Source: Acidimicrobiales bacterium (GTDB lineage: Bacteria > Actinomycetota > Acidimicrobiia > Acidimicrobiales > Aldehydirespiratoraceae). Taken from it: 64,000 nt of DNA. Made by a program: the position numbers and the translations under genes. The notes beneath the pieces were generated by a model that was given only the letters and a program-made list of their open reading frames with translations, did not search any database and was not told the origin of the DNA. The stretch is taken from contig OZ244029.1 of NCBI GenBank assembly GCA_965214945.1, positions 1,420,868-1,484,867 of the forward strand, read 5' to 3'. The number at the start of each line of letters is the position of its first letter. Position 1 is the stretch's first letter. Of this stretch, positions 43,576-53,346 are shown in pieces.

Positions 43576-45135
43576 TCAGATGCGGCCCGCCGCGGCGCGG
43601 CGGGCCGCGGTCATGCGGCGCGCCGCGGGCACCGCCGCCAGCAGAGCCCGAGCCTTGTTCTCGCACTCGTAGTGCTCCTCCGCAGCCACAGAATCGGCGA
43701 CAATACCGGCACCCGCCTGCACCGAAGCCCTACCTCCGCATACCAGCATCGTGCGAATGGCTATGGCCGTGTCGACGTTGCCTGAGAAGTCGATGTAGCC
43801 GACAACGCCCGCGTACGGCCCCCGCTTCACCGGTTCCAGATCGTCGATGATCTCCATCGCCCGCACTTTCGGCGCACCCGACACGGTACCGGCGGGAAGC
43901 GTCGCGCGGAGCACATCAATGGGCGTTGCGCCAGCCCGCAGCCGGCCCGATACCTGTGAGGTCAGGTGCATCACGTGGCTGTAGCGCTCCAGCGTCATCA
44001 TCTCGTCCACCTCGAGGCTGCCGAACTCCACCACCCGGCCCAGGTCGTTGCGCGCCAGATCGACGAGCATCACATGCTCGGCCACCTCTTTGGGATGCTC
44101 GGACAGCTCGCCGCCCAGCCGCCGGTCTTCCTCGTCGGTGCGCCCGCGCCGGCGCGTGCCGGCGATTGGCCGGCTTATGACGTGGCCGTCGAGCAGCTTT
44201 ACCATCGGCTCAGGCGACCCGCCTACCACCTCGAGGTCTCCGCAGCGAAGAAAATACATGTAAGGGCTGGGGTTCAGCTGGCGCAGCACCCGGTACACGT
44301 CGAATGCGTCGGCGTCCAGGCGGAAAGAGAAGCGCTGCGACAGCACCACCTGGAACACGTCGCCCGCGAGGATGTGCTCGCGGGCGGCTTCCACCGCCAG
44401 CGAGTAGAGATCCAGGCCCATGGTCGACTCCACTCCATCGAGATCGGCGACGGCGTCGGCTGAACGCCCGGCGGGCTCGGGCGGCTCAAGCAGAGGCTCG
44501 TCCAGAGGCCGAGCGCCGTCCGCGGCGATCGCGTCCACACGCGCTGCGGACTCGTCGTAGAGCCGGTCAATCTCGGCGTCGTCCAGCTCGCAGGCGCCGG
44601 GTGGCGGATCGGGCACCACGGCGTTGGCGATCAACGTAGCGCGCTGGCGCCAGTGGTCATAAACCGCCAGTTCGCCGATCATCGACATCACAGCGTCAGG
44701 ATGGCCGGAGTCGTCAGGGGGCGGACACGGCAGATGCTCCACCTCGCGCACCACGTCGTAACCGAGATAACCGACGAGCCCGCCGTGCAGCGGCGGCAGC
44801 CCTTCGATCGCCGGTGCTTTGAAGTGATCGACCAGCGACTCCAGTGCAGCGAGAATGCCCTCGTTGCGGGGCACGGGCACGTCCAAGTCGCCCGTCACCC
44901 GCACGCGGTGGCCCCGGCACTCCAGCGTGGCAACGGGGTTGCGGCCCATGAACGACCAGCGGCTCCAGCGCTCGCCTCCCACCACCGACTCGAGTAGGAA
45001 CCCGTCGCTGCTTCCAACGACGCGCGCGAATGCGGCGACTGGAGTGGTGAGATCGGCCAGAACATCGCGCCATACGGGCACCACGCGCCAGGCGCGCGCG
45101 AGCGAACGGAAATCGTCGCGGGACGGGCGAAGCAC
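43576..45135 (-). CDS. trpE: Anthranilate synthase component I
   Basis: 519-aa chorismate-binding fold. Blocks LLESV, GTRRRG, TLPAGTVSGAPKVRAMEII, RGPYAGVVGY and GAGIVADS. Confidence 0.93.
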   Translation of the reverse strand: MLRPSRDDFRSLARAWRVVPVWRDVLADLTTPVAAFARVVGSSDGFLLESVVGGERWSRWSFMGRNPVATLECRGHRVRVTGDLDVPVPRNEGILAALESLVDHFKAPAIEGLPPLHGGLVGYLGYDVVREVEHLPCPPPDDSGHPDAVMSMIGELAVYDHWRQRATLIANAVVPDPPPGACELDDAEIDRLYDESAARVDAIAADGARPLDEPLLEPPEPAGRSADAVADLDGVESTMGLDLYSLAVEAAREHILAGDVFQVVLSQRFSFRLDADAFDVYRVLRQLNPSPYMYFLRCGDLEVVGGSPEPMVKLLDGHVISRPIAGTRRRGRTDEEDRRLGGELSEHPKEVAEHVMLVDLARNDLGRVVEFGSLEVDEMMTLERYSHVMHLTSQVSGRLRAGATPIDVLRATLPAGTVSGAPKVRAMEIIDDLEPVKRGPYAGVVGYIDFSGNVDTAIAIRTMLVCGGRASVQAGAGIVADSVAAEEHYECENKARALLAAVPAARRMTAARRAAAGRI

Positions 45136-45149
45136 TCAGGCGGGCCGGC

Positions 45150-45527
45150 TCAGCTGCCGAAGGCCCGGAAGAAGCACGAATACGCGCCGGTGTGACAGGC
45201 GCCGCCGCCTTGCTGCTCCACCAGGAACAAGAGCGTGTCAGCGTCGCAGTCGTAGTAGGCCTCACGCACAAGCTGGCGCCCACCAGAAGTCTCGCCCTTG
45301 CGCCACACCGTCTGGCGCGACCGACTCCAGAACACGGTTCGACCCTCTGCCAGAGTCAGCGCCAGCGTCTCCGCGTTCATCCAGGCCATCATCAGCACCG
45401 ACCGCGTCTCCGTGTCCTGCACGATGGCCGGAACCAGGCCGTCATCGTTGTAAGCCACGGCCGCCAGGTCGTCGGCGCTGGCTGCTATCGAGGTCGGCGG
45501 CGGAGCGGCGGCGGCGTTTGCGCTCAC
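45150..45527 (-). CDS. hisI: Phosphoribosyl-AMP cyclohydrolase
   Basis: 125 aa. Blocks [23 protein letters not shown] and CDADTLL...GACHTG. The GTG start forms a GTGA overlap with the upstream GroES-like stop. Confidence 0.9.
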   Translation of the reverse strand: MSANAAAAPPPTSIAASADDLAAVAYNDDGLVPAIVQDTETRSVLMMAWMNAETLALTLAEGRTVFWSRSRQTVWRKGETSGGRQLVREAYYDCDADTLLFLVEQQGGGACHTGAYSCFFRAFGS

Positions 45528-45820
45528 AGGTAAAGCCCGGTGCTGGCCTGGTTGAGCCGCTCCGACGCCACAGCGTGGACGTCGCGCTCGCGCAAGATTA
45601 TGTAGTCACGGCCTCTGACATCCACCTCGTAGCGGTCTTCGGGGTTGAAGAGCACCCGGTCGCCGCGTTCCATGGCCCTCACGTTGGGGCCGACGGCGAC
45701 CACCTCAGCCCAGGCGAGCCGCTTGCCGACCTGAGCTGTCGCCGGAATGAGGATGCCGCCAGTGGAGCGGCGCTCACCCTCGCCCGCGCCGGCGGCTACC
45801 AGAATCCGGTCGTTGAGCAT
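45524..45820 (-). CDS. GroES (Cpn10)-like small protein
   Basis: [11 protein letters not shown]...[12 protein letters not shown]...AEVVAVGP...[31 protein letters not shown] aligns with the GroES fold pattern. The ATG at 45820 or the GTG at 45826 is preferred, because the track's upstream extension has poor third-position GC. Confidence 0.6.
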   Translation of the reverse strand: MLNDRILVAAGAGEGERRSTGGILIPATAQVGKRLAWAEVVAVGPNVRAMERGDRVLFNPEDRYEVDVRGRDYIILRERDVHAVASERLNQASTGLYL

Positions 45821-45977
45821 CTTCACCGGAAGAGCGTCGTCATCGGGAGGTCCGGGAGCGGCGTCGTTTCGGGACGAAGTGACAGTCACGGACGACAACC
45901 GTACAGGCACAGAGACAGGCGGCGTGCGTGCCATGGCGCGGCGCACACGCCGGGCCGCCGGTCGTTACAAGGGCCGT

Positions 45978-46316
45978 TCACGTCGGATCCGCTTCACCCG
46001 GCCGGCTCGCGTCGTCTTCGGCCCCCTCTGCTGAGTCCTGTGCGATCCCGCCCGCAGTAGCTAGAGCCTCAGCGAGCTTCGCGGTGCTCTGGTAGACGGC
46101 GCGTAGATAGTGCTCGCTGACGGCCTCATGGCCGCTGAAGGGCGGGCGACCTAGCGAGCGCGCCACAGCGAACGGATCAGCACTCACCTTGACGGCCTCC
46201 ACAGCGGGAAGCGACTCCGGTGTACCCCAGAAGTCCACTGACATCCTGGCCGACCCGGGTGCGGGCCCCTTGGCGCGCCCGCGGCGCGGCTTGCGCTTCT
46301 TCTTTTTCCTGGCCAT
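45978..46316 (-). CDS. Hypothetical protein with a Lys/Arg-rich N-terminus and an acidic C-terminus
   Basis: 112-aa ORF with good codon bias for the frame. No recognisable motif. Confidence 0.45.
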   Translation of the reverse strand: MARKKKKRKPRRGRAKGPAPGSARMSVDFWGTPESLPAVEAVKVSADPFAVARSLGRPPFSGHEAVSEHYLRAVYQSTAKLAEALATAGGIAQDSAEGAEDDASRPGEADPT

Positions 46317-46348
46317 GGCCTGCGGGCCTCCGCTTCAGCTCAACAGGC

Positions 46349-49321
46349 TCAAGCGCCCGGTGCCGCGGCCCGCTTGCCGCCCATTCGACTGTCGAAGCCG
46401 TCGTCGATAAGCACCTGGTCGGAGTCGAGGCCCAGAACGTTCTGGAGCTGCTCGCTGTTCAGATCGCCGATCGAACTCGACTTCGGCAGCACCATGTTGG
46501 CGATGTGCCGCTTGCCGGCCACGATCTCCTCCACTCGCTCGTCCACAGTACCCGGACACATCAGGCGATGGCACATGACCGTGTTGCGCTGGCCGATACG
46601 CCAAGCACGGTCGCGAGCCTGGTCTTCCACCGCCGGATTCCACCACCGGTCATACAACACTACGTGATTGGCGGCAGTGAGGTTGAGCCCCGTGCCGCCC
46701 GCCTTCAGCGACAGCACCAGCGCGCCGGCTCCTCTGCCCTCTTGGAACTCAGCGATCATCCGGTCACGCTCCGAGCGGGTGAGGCCGCCGTGATAGCAGT
46801 CGATCTTGACACCGGTCAGCTCGGTGAGATAGGCGGCGAGCCGCTCCCCCCAGGAGGCAAAGTGGGTGAAGATCAGCGCTCGCTCGTTCGCCGCGAACAC
46901 ACGGCTGAGCAGCTGCTCAAGCCGCGCGAGCTTGCCGGAGCGCCCCCCGATGCCGCGATAGTCGTTGCGGTAGTTGACCGGGTGGTTGCAGATCTGCTTC
47001 AGCGCGGTGATGGCTGCTAGAACGGCGCCCCTCTTCTGCGGCGTGTTGTCGCTGTCCGCGGTGTCCAGCACGAGCTGGTCGAGCACGGCCTGGTAGAGGC
47101 CGACCTGCTCCGGCGTCATCGTGCAGTGGTCCACGGCGTCGATGCGGTCGGGAAGCTCGGCCGCGATGACCGGCTCGGACTTGGTCCGTCGAAACACCAA
47201 CAAACCGTTGAGCGCGGCCAGCGCGCCCTCGGCAGTGGCCTGTCGCGTGCGGCGTGCAGGTAAGGCGCTCACACCGGCGCCGTTGCCGGAAGCGCCGTTC
47301 GTGACGCCGCGGCCGTTCTCGGCGACGGTGGTCATGGCCCCGATGAAATGGCTCCGCAAGCCGAGCAGACCGGGATTGCAGAAGTCCATGATCGCCCAGA
47401 GATCGCCCAGACCGTTCTCGATCGGGGTGCCGGTGAGGGTGACCCGGCTGCGGGCCGAGAGCCGCCGCAGCTGGCGGGCCGTCTCGCTGGTGTGGTTCTT
47501 GATCGCTTGTGCTTCGTCGGCCACGACCGTCGACCATTCGTATTCCTCGAGCATTCCGATATCGCGCAGAGCCGTCCCGTAGGTGGTGATCACCATGTCG
47601 GCCCGTTTCACCATCGCAGGCATGTTGTCGGCGTCGCAACGGCCCGGGCCGTGGTGCACGGCCACCCGAAGTCCCGGTACGAAGCGGTGCGCCTCCGAGA
47701 CCCAGTTGCCGACCACGGCGGGCGGCGCCACGACCAGTGACGGCCCGTTGTCCCGGGTCAGGCTGATGTGGGCGAGCATCACGGGCGTCTTGCCCAAGCC
47801 CATGTCAAGTGCGAGACAACCTCCGAGGCCGGCTTCCTTCAAGAAGCCCAGCCACACGAGCGCTTCGGCCTGGTAAGAGCGCAGCGTCCCTCGGAAGCCC
47901 TCGGGCTGCACCGGAACTTCCTCCGGGATCTGGTGCGCGCTGCGAATCAGGCTCGCGGCCCAGCCGTGGCCAGCGAGGGAGACGCCACCGGCCAGAGGCG
48001 AGCCTTCCAGCCCCAAGGCGTGGCGCAGCATGTACGCGCCGGTCATGCGGGTCTTGGAGGCCCGCTCATCCAGCGCCTTCGCGGTGACGCTGATGTCAGC
48101 GCGGTCAAGCTCCACCCAGCCTCGGCGGGTGCGTACCAGCGGACGCGCCTGCTGCGCCAGATCGCGGATGTCCTCCAGCGTGAGCTCAATGTCGTCGACG
48201 ACCACCGACCAGCGCACATTGGCGAGCTGATCGGCGCCCACGGCCGACTCGGCGTCGTCCACAGTGCTGATGCGCAGCGCCGGCCGCGGCTTGCGGCGCG
48301 ACATGTCGGGAATACGCACGTCATATCCGCACGCCACCAGCACGGGTCCGGTCTCGGTCATGAGGCGCCACGCCTCGTCGGAGCTGAGGATCACCTCGCC
48401 CCGGCGGCGACCGCCGAGGCGCAGCAGCTCCGGATGCAGCCGCTCGAGCCTCACTAGCTGGTGCTTCACAGCCTGCTGGCGGGAACGTGACGCGAGCAGC
48501 AGCGCTCGCTCCACCGGCTGCAGCTCGTGTTCGCCCGACTCTGACAGAACTGCCAGCTGCCACGCTCCCGCATCGTCGGGAGCGCTGAGCTGCACGATCA
48601 GAGGCAGGTCGTGGGCGCCCGCCAGCGGTCTGTGCCAGCGGTCGAGCCGGCGGCCGAGATCCAAAGCTAAGCGGCTGGGCGCCGCGAACGGGCTGCCATC
48701 GAGCCGTGTCAGGGCCGTCTCAGCCACATCGCCGCGAGTTCTAGGCTTCGGTGGAGGGGCCGACAGCGCTAGGCGGCCGGCCGCTTCGGCCGCGATGGCG
48801 TTGACAATATCGGCTAGCACAGCGTGGGTGAAAGCCAGCGGGTCTCTTTGGTTCTCGAAGGCGGCGGCCGCTCCAGGAAGGGCCTGCGCCAAGGCTTTCA
48901 CGCTGGCCGACTCGACCAGCGCAGGCGCCCATCGCACTTCGAACGTCGCGTTGGAGCCGCGTGGTGCGCCAGCGACGTTAGAGCGCGCGCCAGGGCGGCG
49001 TCGGACTTTCTTGACCTGCGGGACCATGCGACCCTGGGCCGTCAGGCGGACTGCCAGGGCGGTGACCTGCCCGAGCCATGACACGCTAACACCGACGCCC
49101 TCGCTCTCGGCGGCGTCGCCGAGGGCGACCAGCCAGCCGAGACAGCCCTGGATCGGCGCCCATACCGCGTCGGCGCGTCCTCCGGAGTTGAGCTTGACTG
49201 GCCGATGCTCGCTCCAGGTGATGTTCACCGCTCCGCTGTCGTTGAGGCGCTTGAACACCTCTTCGGCGCTTTCTGCCTGATCGGGGGGGCCGCCGGCCCA
49301 TGCGATAACCCGGCCCGGCAC
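46349..49321 (-). CDS. SNF2-family helicase (HelZ-like)
   Basis: The SNF2 ATPase core carries LADDMGLGKT-like LALDMGLGKT, DEAQAIKN, a helicase C block (LSLKAGGTGLNLTAANHV) and WWNPAVEDQARDRAWRIGQ, after a long N-terminal domain. The start is uncertain. The track start at 49567 gives an Arg-rich extension, and a GTG at 49321 is one candidate. Confidence 0.8.
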   Translation of the reverse strand: MPGRVIAWAGGPPDQAESAEEVFKRLNDSGAVNITWSEHRPVKLNSGGRADAVWAPIQGCLGWLVALGDAAESEGVGVSVSWLGQVTALAVRLTAQGRMVPQVKKVRRRPGARSNVAGAPRGSNATFEVRWAPALVESASVKALAQALPGAAAAFENQRDPLAFTHAVLADIVNAIAAEAAGRLALSAPPPKPRTRGDVAETALTRLDGSPFAAPSRLALDLGRRLDRWHRPLAGAHDLPLIVQLSAPDDAGAWQLAVLSESGEHELQPVERALLLASRSRQQAVKHQLVRLERLHPELLRLGGRRRGEVILSSDEAWRLMTETGPVLVACGYDVRIPDMSRRKPRPALRISTVDDAESAVGADQLANVRWSVVVDDIELTLEDIRDLAQQARPLVRTRRGWVELDRADISVTAKALDERASKTRMTGAYMLRHALGLEGSPLAGGVSLAGHGWAASLIRSAHQIPEEVPVQPEGFRGTLRSYQAEALVWLGFLKEAGLGGCLALDMGLGKTPVMLAHISLTRDNGPSLVVAPPAVVGNWVSEAHRFVPGLRVAVHHGPGRCDADNMPAMVKRADMVITTYGTALRDIGMLEEYEWSTVVADEAQAIKNHTSETARQLRRLSARSRVTLTGTPIENGLGDLWAIMDFCNPGLLGLRSHFIGAMTTVAENGRGVTNGASGNGAGVSALPARRTRQATAEGALAALNGLLVFRRTKSEPVIAAELPDRIDAVDHCTMTPEQVGLYQAVLDQLVLDTADSDNTPQKRGAVLAAITALKQICNHPVNYRNDYRGIGGRSGKLARLEQLLSRVFAANERALIFTHFASWGERLAAYLTELTGVKIDCYHGGLTRSERDRMIAEFQEGRGAGALVLSLKAGGTGLNLTAANHVVLYDRWWNPAVEDQARDRAWRIGQRNTVMCHRLMCPGTVDERVEEIVAGKRHIANMVLPKSSSIGDLNSEQLQNVLGLDSDQVLIDDGFDSRMGGKRAAAPGA

Positions 49322-49704
49322 CCAGGAGAGCTGAGCTCGACGGTTCCCGGCCCGGACACGTTCGCAGGGCGGGGCGACGCGCCCGCAGAAGAGCCCTGAG
49401 TGTTCTGGGGCGGGCCCACCAGCCTGGTCAGCACAGCGTCCACCGCGTGGTAGTCCCTTTCGAGGTCGGCCAACACTATGGCGCGCTGAGGCCCCCGCAC
49501 TGCGGCCCGGACGCTGTCGATGTCTTCGGCGACGTCGTCGAGCAGGCGGTACAGGGCTCGGATCCACAGCCCTTCATTGGCACGCAGCATCGCCGCGTCT
49601 TCGTCGCTGGCAAGACCATCGACATGCCGACGCACTGCTCCGGAGAACTGCGGCGACAATGCCAAGCGCGGATCCAAGGTGGCGATAACCGTCGTCGACA
49701 CCAT
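49225..49704 (-). CDS. Hypothetical ORF upstream of and overlapping the helicase reading frame
   Basis: The first ~100 codons (MVSTTVIATLDPRL...TRLVGPP) look like genuine coding sequence. The C-terminal part overlaps the helicase frame and looks off-frame. It could be a separate small gene or the true helicase N-terminus split by a frameshift. Confidence 0.3.
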   Translation of the reverse strand: MVSTTVIATLDPRLALSPQFSGAVRRHVDGLASDEDAAMLRANEGLWIRALYRLLDDVAEDIDSVRAAVRGPQRAIVLADLERDYHAVDAVLTRLVGPPQNTQGSSAGASPRPANVSGPGTVELSSPGCRAGLSHGPAAPPIRQKAPKRCSSASTTAER

Positions 49705-49718
49705 TGGCGAAAGTAACT

Positions 49719-52700
49719 CTAGCGTTGCGAGAGCCTCTTGCGCGCCCTTTCAATTCCGGCCATCTTGATGTGCTCGTAGCCGCGCACCGACTCCGGCAGC
49801 TCGGCCAACTCCAACGCTGCGGCATACAAGCTATCACCGGGGTCGGCTTCAAGCTTCTGAACCACATCCTCGACCGCCGCGCGATACTCGTCGCGCAGGG
49901 CGCGCTCCGCTCTTCGCACCGCCGTGTGCCCGAACACATCGAACGGCGTGCCGCGCAGCACGCGCATCGCGGCCAAGAGGCGAAACAGAGGCTTCCACCT
50001 CGTCGAGAAGCTGATCTTCGACTTCAGCCCGAGCGATCGCAGCAGGGGCGGATGGAGCTTCCAGGCCAGGCGGCCTCCGGTAGCGGCCGCCAGCCGGCGG
50101 GCTTCGGCGGTTGCCGCGGGATCGAGCATCAGCCTGGCGACCTCATACTCATCCTTGTAGGCCAGCAGCTTGAAGTAGCCCCTGGCAGCAGCCTCGGTGA
50201 GCCGGTTCGAGCCGTCTCCGTAGCTGCGGTCGGCCGAGGCTGCGGTCTCGACGAAGCGCAGGAAATCGTCGGCAAGGCGAGGCGACTGATAGGCGCACAG
50301 CTCCCCCGCGAGCATCGCCAGGTCTAGGTCGGCGCCGCTGATCTGTGCAGCCAGCGCCGACACACGGGCCGCGATCTCGGCATCGAGGGGCGGCATGCTC
50401 GCTGGAGTGTCCGCAGCGGCGGACTGCACCGCCTCGGCGACCGCGCCGGGGCGGCTGACCTTGGCCCTGCCCCAGCGGAAAGCCTCGATGTTGCGCTCCA
50501 CTGCCACGCCATTCAGCTCGATGGCCTGCTCCACGGCCGCCGGCGTCAGCGGCACGGCGCCAGCCTGGACGGCCATGCCCACCACAAAGACGTTCGACGT
50601 CACCGAATCGCCGAACACAGCGGTGGTGACGCGCTGGGCGTCTGCCCAGTGGCTGTGTTCGGAGCGGGTCACCGACTCGATGCGACGCGTCAGCTCGCCC
50701 GGGTCGGGAACGGCCAGGCTCGGATCAGAGATCAAGGCTCCCGGCGGCGTTGGCGATAACGACCCGATCACGACCGTGCGCTCCGGGTCGGCGCGCGTCA
50801 GCCCGGACGGCGACGCGGCCACGAGCTGGTCGAACGCCAGCAGCACGTCAGCCTGGCCGGAGCCTAGGCGGTTGCTGTCCGCTGGACGGCCCCGTGTCAG
50901 GCGCAGATCGCTGACCACCGGCCCTGCTTTCTGCGACAGTCCGATCTGGTCGAGGCCCCGCACCTCGAAGCCGTCGAACATCGCCGCTGTTCCGAGCACC
51001 TGACTGACTGTCACGACGCCCGTGCCGCCGATGCCAATGATGCGAATGGCGAGGTCGTCGACCGGCACCACCGGCGCCGCATCGGGCAAATCCGCCGGAG
51101 CGGTCGGGCGGCGGACGGGCGATCCGGGTGCCTGTCGGCTGCCACGCCCTTTCCGGCCTGTTGCCCTGCGAAGCCGTGAGCGGAGCCGTCCGGGGCTCGT
51201 GACAGTCATGAACGACGGGCAGTCGCCCTCCAGGCACGAGTAGTCGAGGTTGCAGGAGGTCTGATCGATGCGGGTCTTGCGGCCGAAGGGCGTCTCCACT
51301 GGCTGCACCGAGAGGCAGTTGCTGACATCTGAGCAGTCGCCGCACCCCTCGCAGATGCGGTCGTTGATCAACACCCGCTGCCGGGGCACAGCCACTGTGC
51401 CCCGCTTGCGCCCGCGCCGCGCCTCTGCTGCGCACTGCTGATCGTGGATCAACACTGTGACGCCCTTCACCGCGGCAAGCGTCTCTTGAGCTTCCTGCAG
51501 CCTCTCGCGCGGCCACACGTCGACGCCTTCGGGAAGGTTGGCGCCCCGGCCGGGCGCGTAGCGGCGCACGTCCTCGGTGGTCACCATCACACGCGCTGCG
51601 CCCTGCGCGAGCACCACGCGGGCCACATCCCCCACGGTGCGCAAGCCCCGCGGATCCTGTCCGCCCGTCATGGCCACAGCGCGGTTCCAAAGCAGCTTGT
51701 AGGTGATGTCCGTTCCGGCCGCGACCGCGCCGGCGATCGCCAGCTGCCCGCTGTGGAAGTAGGTGCCGTCGCCGAGGTTCTGAAAGATGTGTGGCGTCTC
51801 TACGAAGGGCGCCATGCCCGCCCACTGCATCCCCTCCTGGCCCATGCACGTGACGCCGGTGATATCGCCGAAGCCATCAGCGCTCATCAGCAGGGTCATA
51901 GTGTGGCAGCCGATCCCGGCGCCCACCACCGCGCCGTCGGGCACCTTGGTAGACCGGTTGTGAGGGCAGCCGGAGCAGAAATACGGGGTGCGGGTCACGC
52001 CCAGGGGCGCCTGGGCCAACGCGATCAGATCGCGCCGAGGTCGCTCCGGTTTGAGCAGGTGGCCGACGCGAGCATTTAGACGGCGGCGCAGCGGCGCCAG
52101 GAGGTCGTCGGCGGACAGTCCGCCGTGCCCCGGCAACAGCATCTGGTCGCACTCGTCGTGCTTGCCGACCACCCGCGGGCGCCGTGGTTCGTTGTACAGA
52201 GCGTCTTTCACCAGCGATTCGACGTTCGGGTGCTTCTCCTCCACCACGAACACCTCTTCGAGGCCGCAGGAGAAGCGGCGGGCTCGGATGGCGCTGAACG
52301 GCAGCGGCATGTGCATCCGCCACAGCCGGATGCCGGCGCCGGCGATGTCGCGGTCGCGCACCAGGCCTAGGCGCTTCAGAGCCTCTCGCAACTCGCAGTA
52401 GGTGATGCCCGAGGCGACGATGCCAATCCAGGCGTCGGGCGGGTCGACGGTCACCCGGTTGAGCCTGTTCAGGGCCGCGTACTCGACTGCCAGTCTGCGG
52501 CGGATCTCGTAAATCTCGCGCTCGGTCTCAACCGTCTTGGGTGTCAGCAGCATTCCGTCGGGCAGGTGGGTGTAGGCTCCGGCCTCGAACTCGGGGATCA
52601 GCGGGCTGATCCGGTCGGGATTAAGGTGCACGGTGCCGCTGCCGTCGGCGACATCTGAGACGATCTTGAGGCTGGTCCAGAGGCCTGTCGCGCGCGACAG

Positions 52701-53279
52701 GCAAACGGCGTGGCGGCCTAGGTCGAGCGCCTCTCCGGGAGTGCCGGGGTACAGCACCGGGATGTGCATGTCCGCCAGCGTCCCGGCCGAGGACGAGGGG
52801 ATGGTGGAACTCTTGGCGGAAGGGTCGTCTCCGGCCAACGCCACGGCGCCGCCCCTGGGGTCGGTTCCGGCGAACACGGCATGGCGTATCGCGTCGCTGG
52901 CGCGGTCCACTCCGGGGCCCTTGCCATACCAGAGGGCCAGCACACCGTCGTAGCACGAGTCAGGCCTCACGCAGGCGAGCTGTGAACCCATCACCGCAGT
53001 GGCGGCATGCTCCTCATTCATCGCGGGCAGGTGCACGATCGGCAGTTCCGGCACCTGGGATCTGGCCCGTTCGACCTCGCCGTCGTAGCCGCCCAGCGGT
53101 GAGCCCGGATAGCCCGAAACGAAAGCCGCTGTGGTCAGCCCCGCCCGCCTGTCGGCGCGCAGCTGCTCCACCGGCAGCCGTGCCAGTGCCTGCAACCCGG
53201 TCATGAACACCGTTCCGGCATCGTCGGTGTAACGGGAAGAGAGGCGGTATTCGTCGGCGATGGTCATGGCCCCCACCAT
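49719..53279 (-). CDS. Indolepyruvate (aromatic 2-oxoacid):ferredoxin oxidoreductase, fused alpha-beta type
   Basis: 1186 aa. It has an N-terminal TPP/pyrimidine-binding region (FVSGYPGSPLGG), ferredoxin-type Cys clusters (CEGCGDCSDVSNC and CLEGDCPS) and a C-terminal gamma-like domain. The overall architecture is that of the large actinobacterial IOR family. Confidence 0.8.
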   Translation of the reverse strand: MVGAMTIADEYRLSSRYTDDAGTVFMTGLQALARLPVEQLRADRRAGLTTAAFVSGYPGSPLGGYDGEVERARSQVPELPIVHLPAMNEEHAATAVMGSQLACVRPDSCYDGVLALWYGKGPGVDRASDAIRHAVFAGTDPRGGAVALAGDDPSAKSSTIPSSSAGTLADMHIPVLYPGTPGEALDLGRHAVCLSRATGLWTSLKIVSDVADGSGTVHLNPDRISPLIPEFEAGAYTHLPDGMLLTPKTVETEREIYEIRRRLAVEYAALNRLNRVTVDPPDAWIGIVASGITYCELREALKRLGLVRDRDIAGAGIRLWRMHMPLPFSAIRARRFSCGLEEVFVVEEKHPNVESLVKDALYNEPRRPRVVGKHDECDQMLLPGHGGLSADDLLAPLRRRLNARVGHLLKPERPRRDLIALAQAPLGVTRTPYFCSGCPHNRSTKVPDGAVVGAGIGCHTMTLLMSADGFGDITGVTCMGQEGMQWAGMAPFVETPHIFQNLGDGTYFHSGQLAIAGAVAAGTDITYKLLWNRAVAMTGGQDPRGLRTVGDVARVVLAQGAARVMVTTEDVRRYAPGRGANLPEGVDVWPRERLQEAQETLAAVKGVTVLIHDQQCAAEARRGRKRGTVAVPRQRVLINDRICEGCGDCSDVSNCLSVQPVETPFGRKTRIDQTSCNLDYSCLEGDCPSFMTVTSPGRLRSRLRRATGRKGRGSRQAPGSPVRRPTAPADLPDAAPVVPVDDLAIRIIGIGGTGVVTVSQVLGTAAMFDGFEVRGLDQIGLSQKAGPVVSDLRLTRGRPADSNRLGSGQADVLLAFDQLVAASPSGLTRADPERTVVIGSLSPTPPGALISDPSLAVPDPGELTRRIESVTRSEHSHWADAQRVTTAVFGDSVTSNVFVVGMAVQAGAVPLTPAAVEQAIELNGVAVERNIEAFRWGRAKVSRPGAVAEAVQSAAADTPASMPPLDAEIAARVSALAAQISGADLDLAMLAGELCAYQSPRLADDFLRFVETAASADRSYGDGSNRLTEAAARGYFKLLAYKDEYEVARLMLDPAATAEARRLAAATGGRLAWKLHPPLLRSLGLKSKISFSTRWKPLFRLLAAMRVLRGTPFDVFGHTAVRRAERALRDEYRAAVEDVVQKLEADPGDSLYAAALELAELPESVRGYEHIKMAGIERARKRLSQR

Positions 53280-53346
53280 CTCCTAGGCACCGGCGCGGTC
53301 ATCCTAGCCACCGCCGTGCGCTCGGCGATTGGGCGGTCCACACCGG

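Noticed and set aside
46349-49567. SNF2 helicase as part of a DISARM/BREX-like defence system
   Set aside because: No associated methyltransferase, PLD nuclease, DUF1998 or other defence genes are adjacent. Composition is host-like, the gene is embedded in the his/trp block, and the protein resembles housekeeping HelZ-type helicases.
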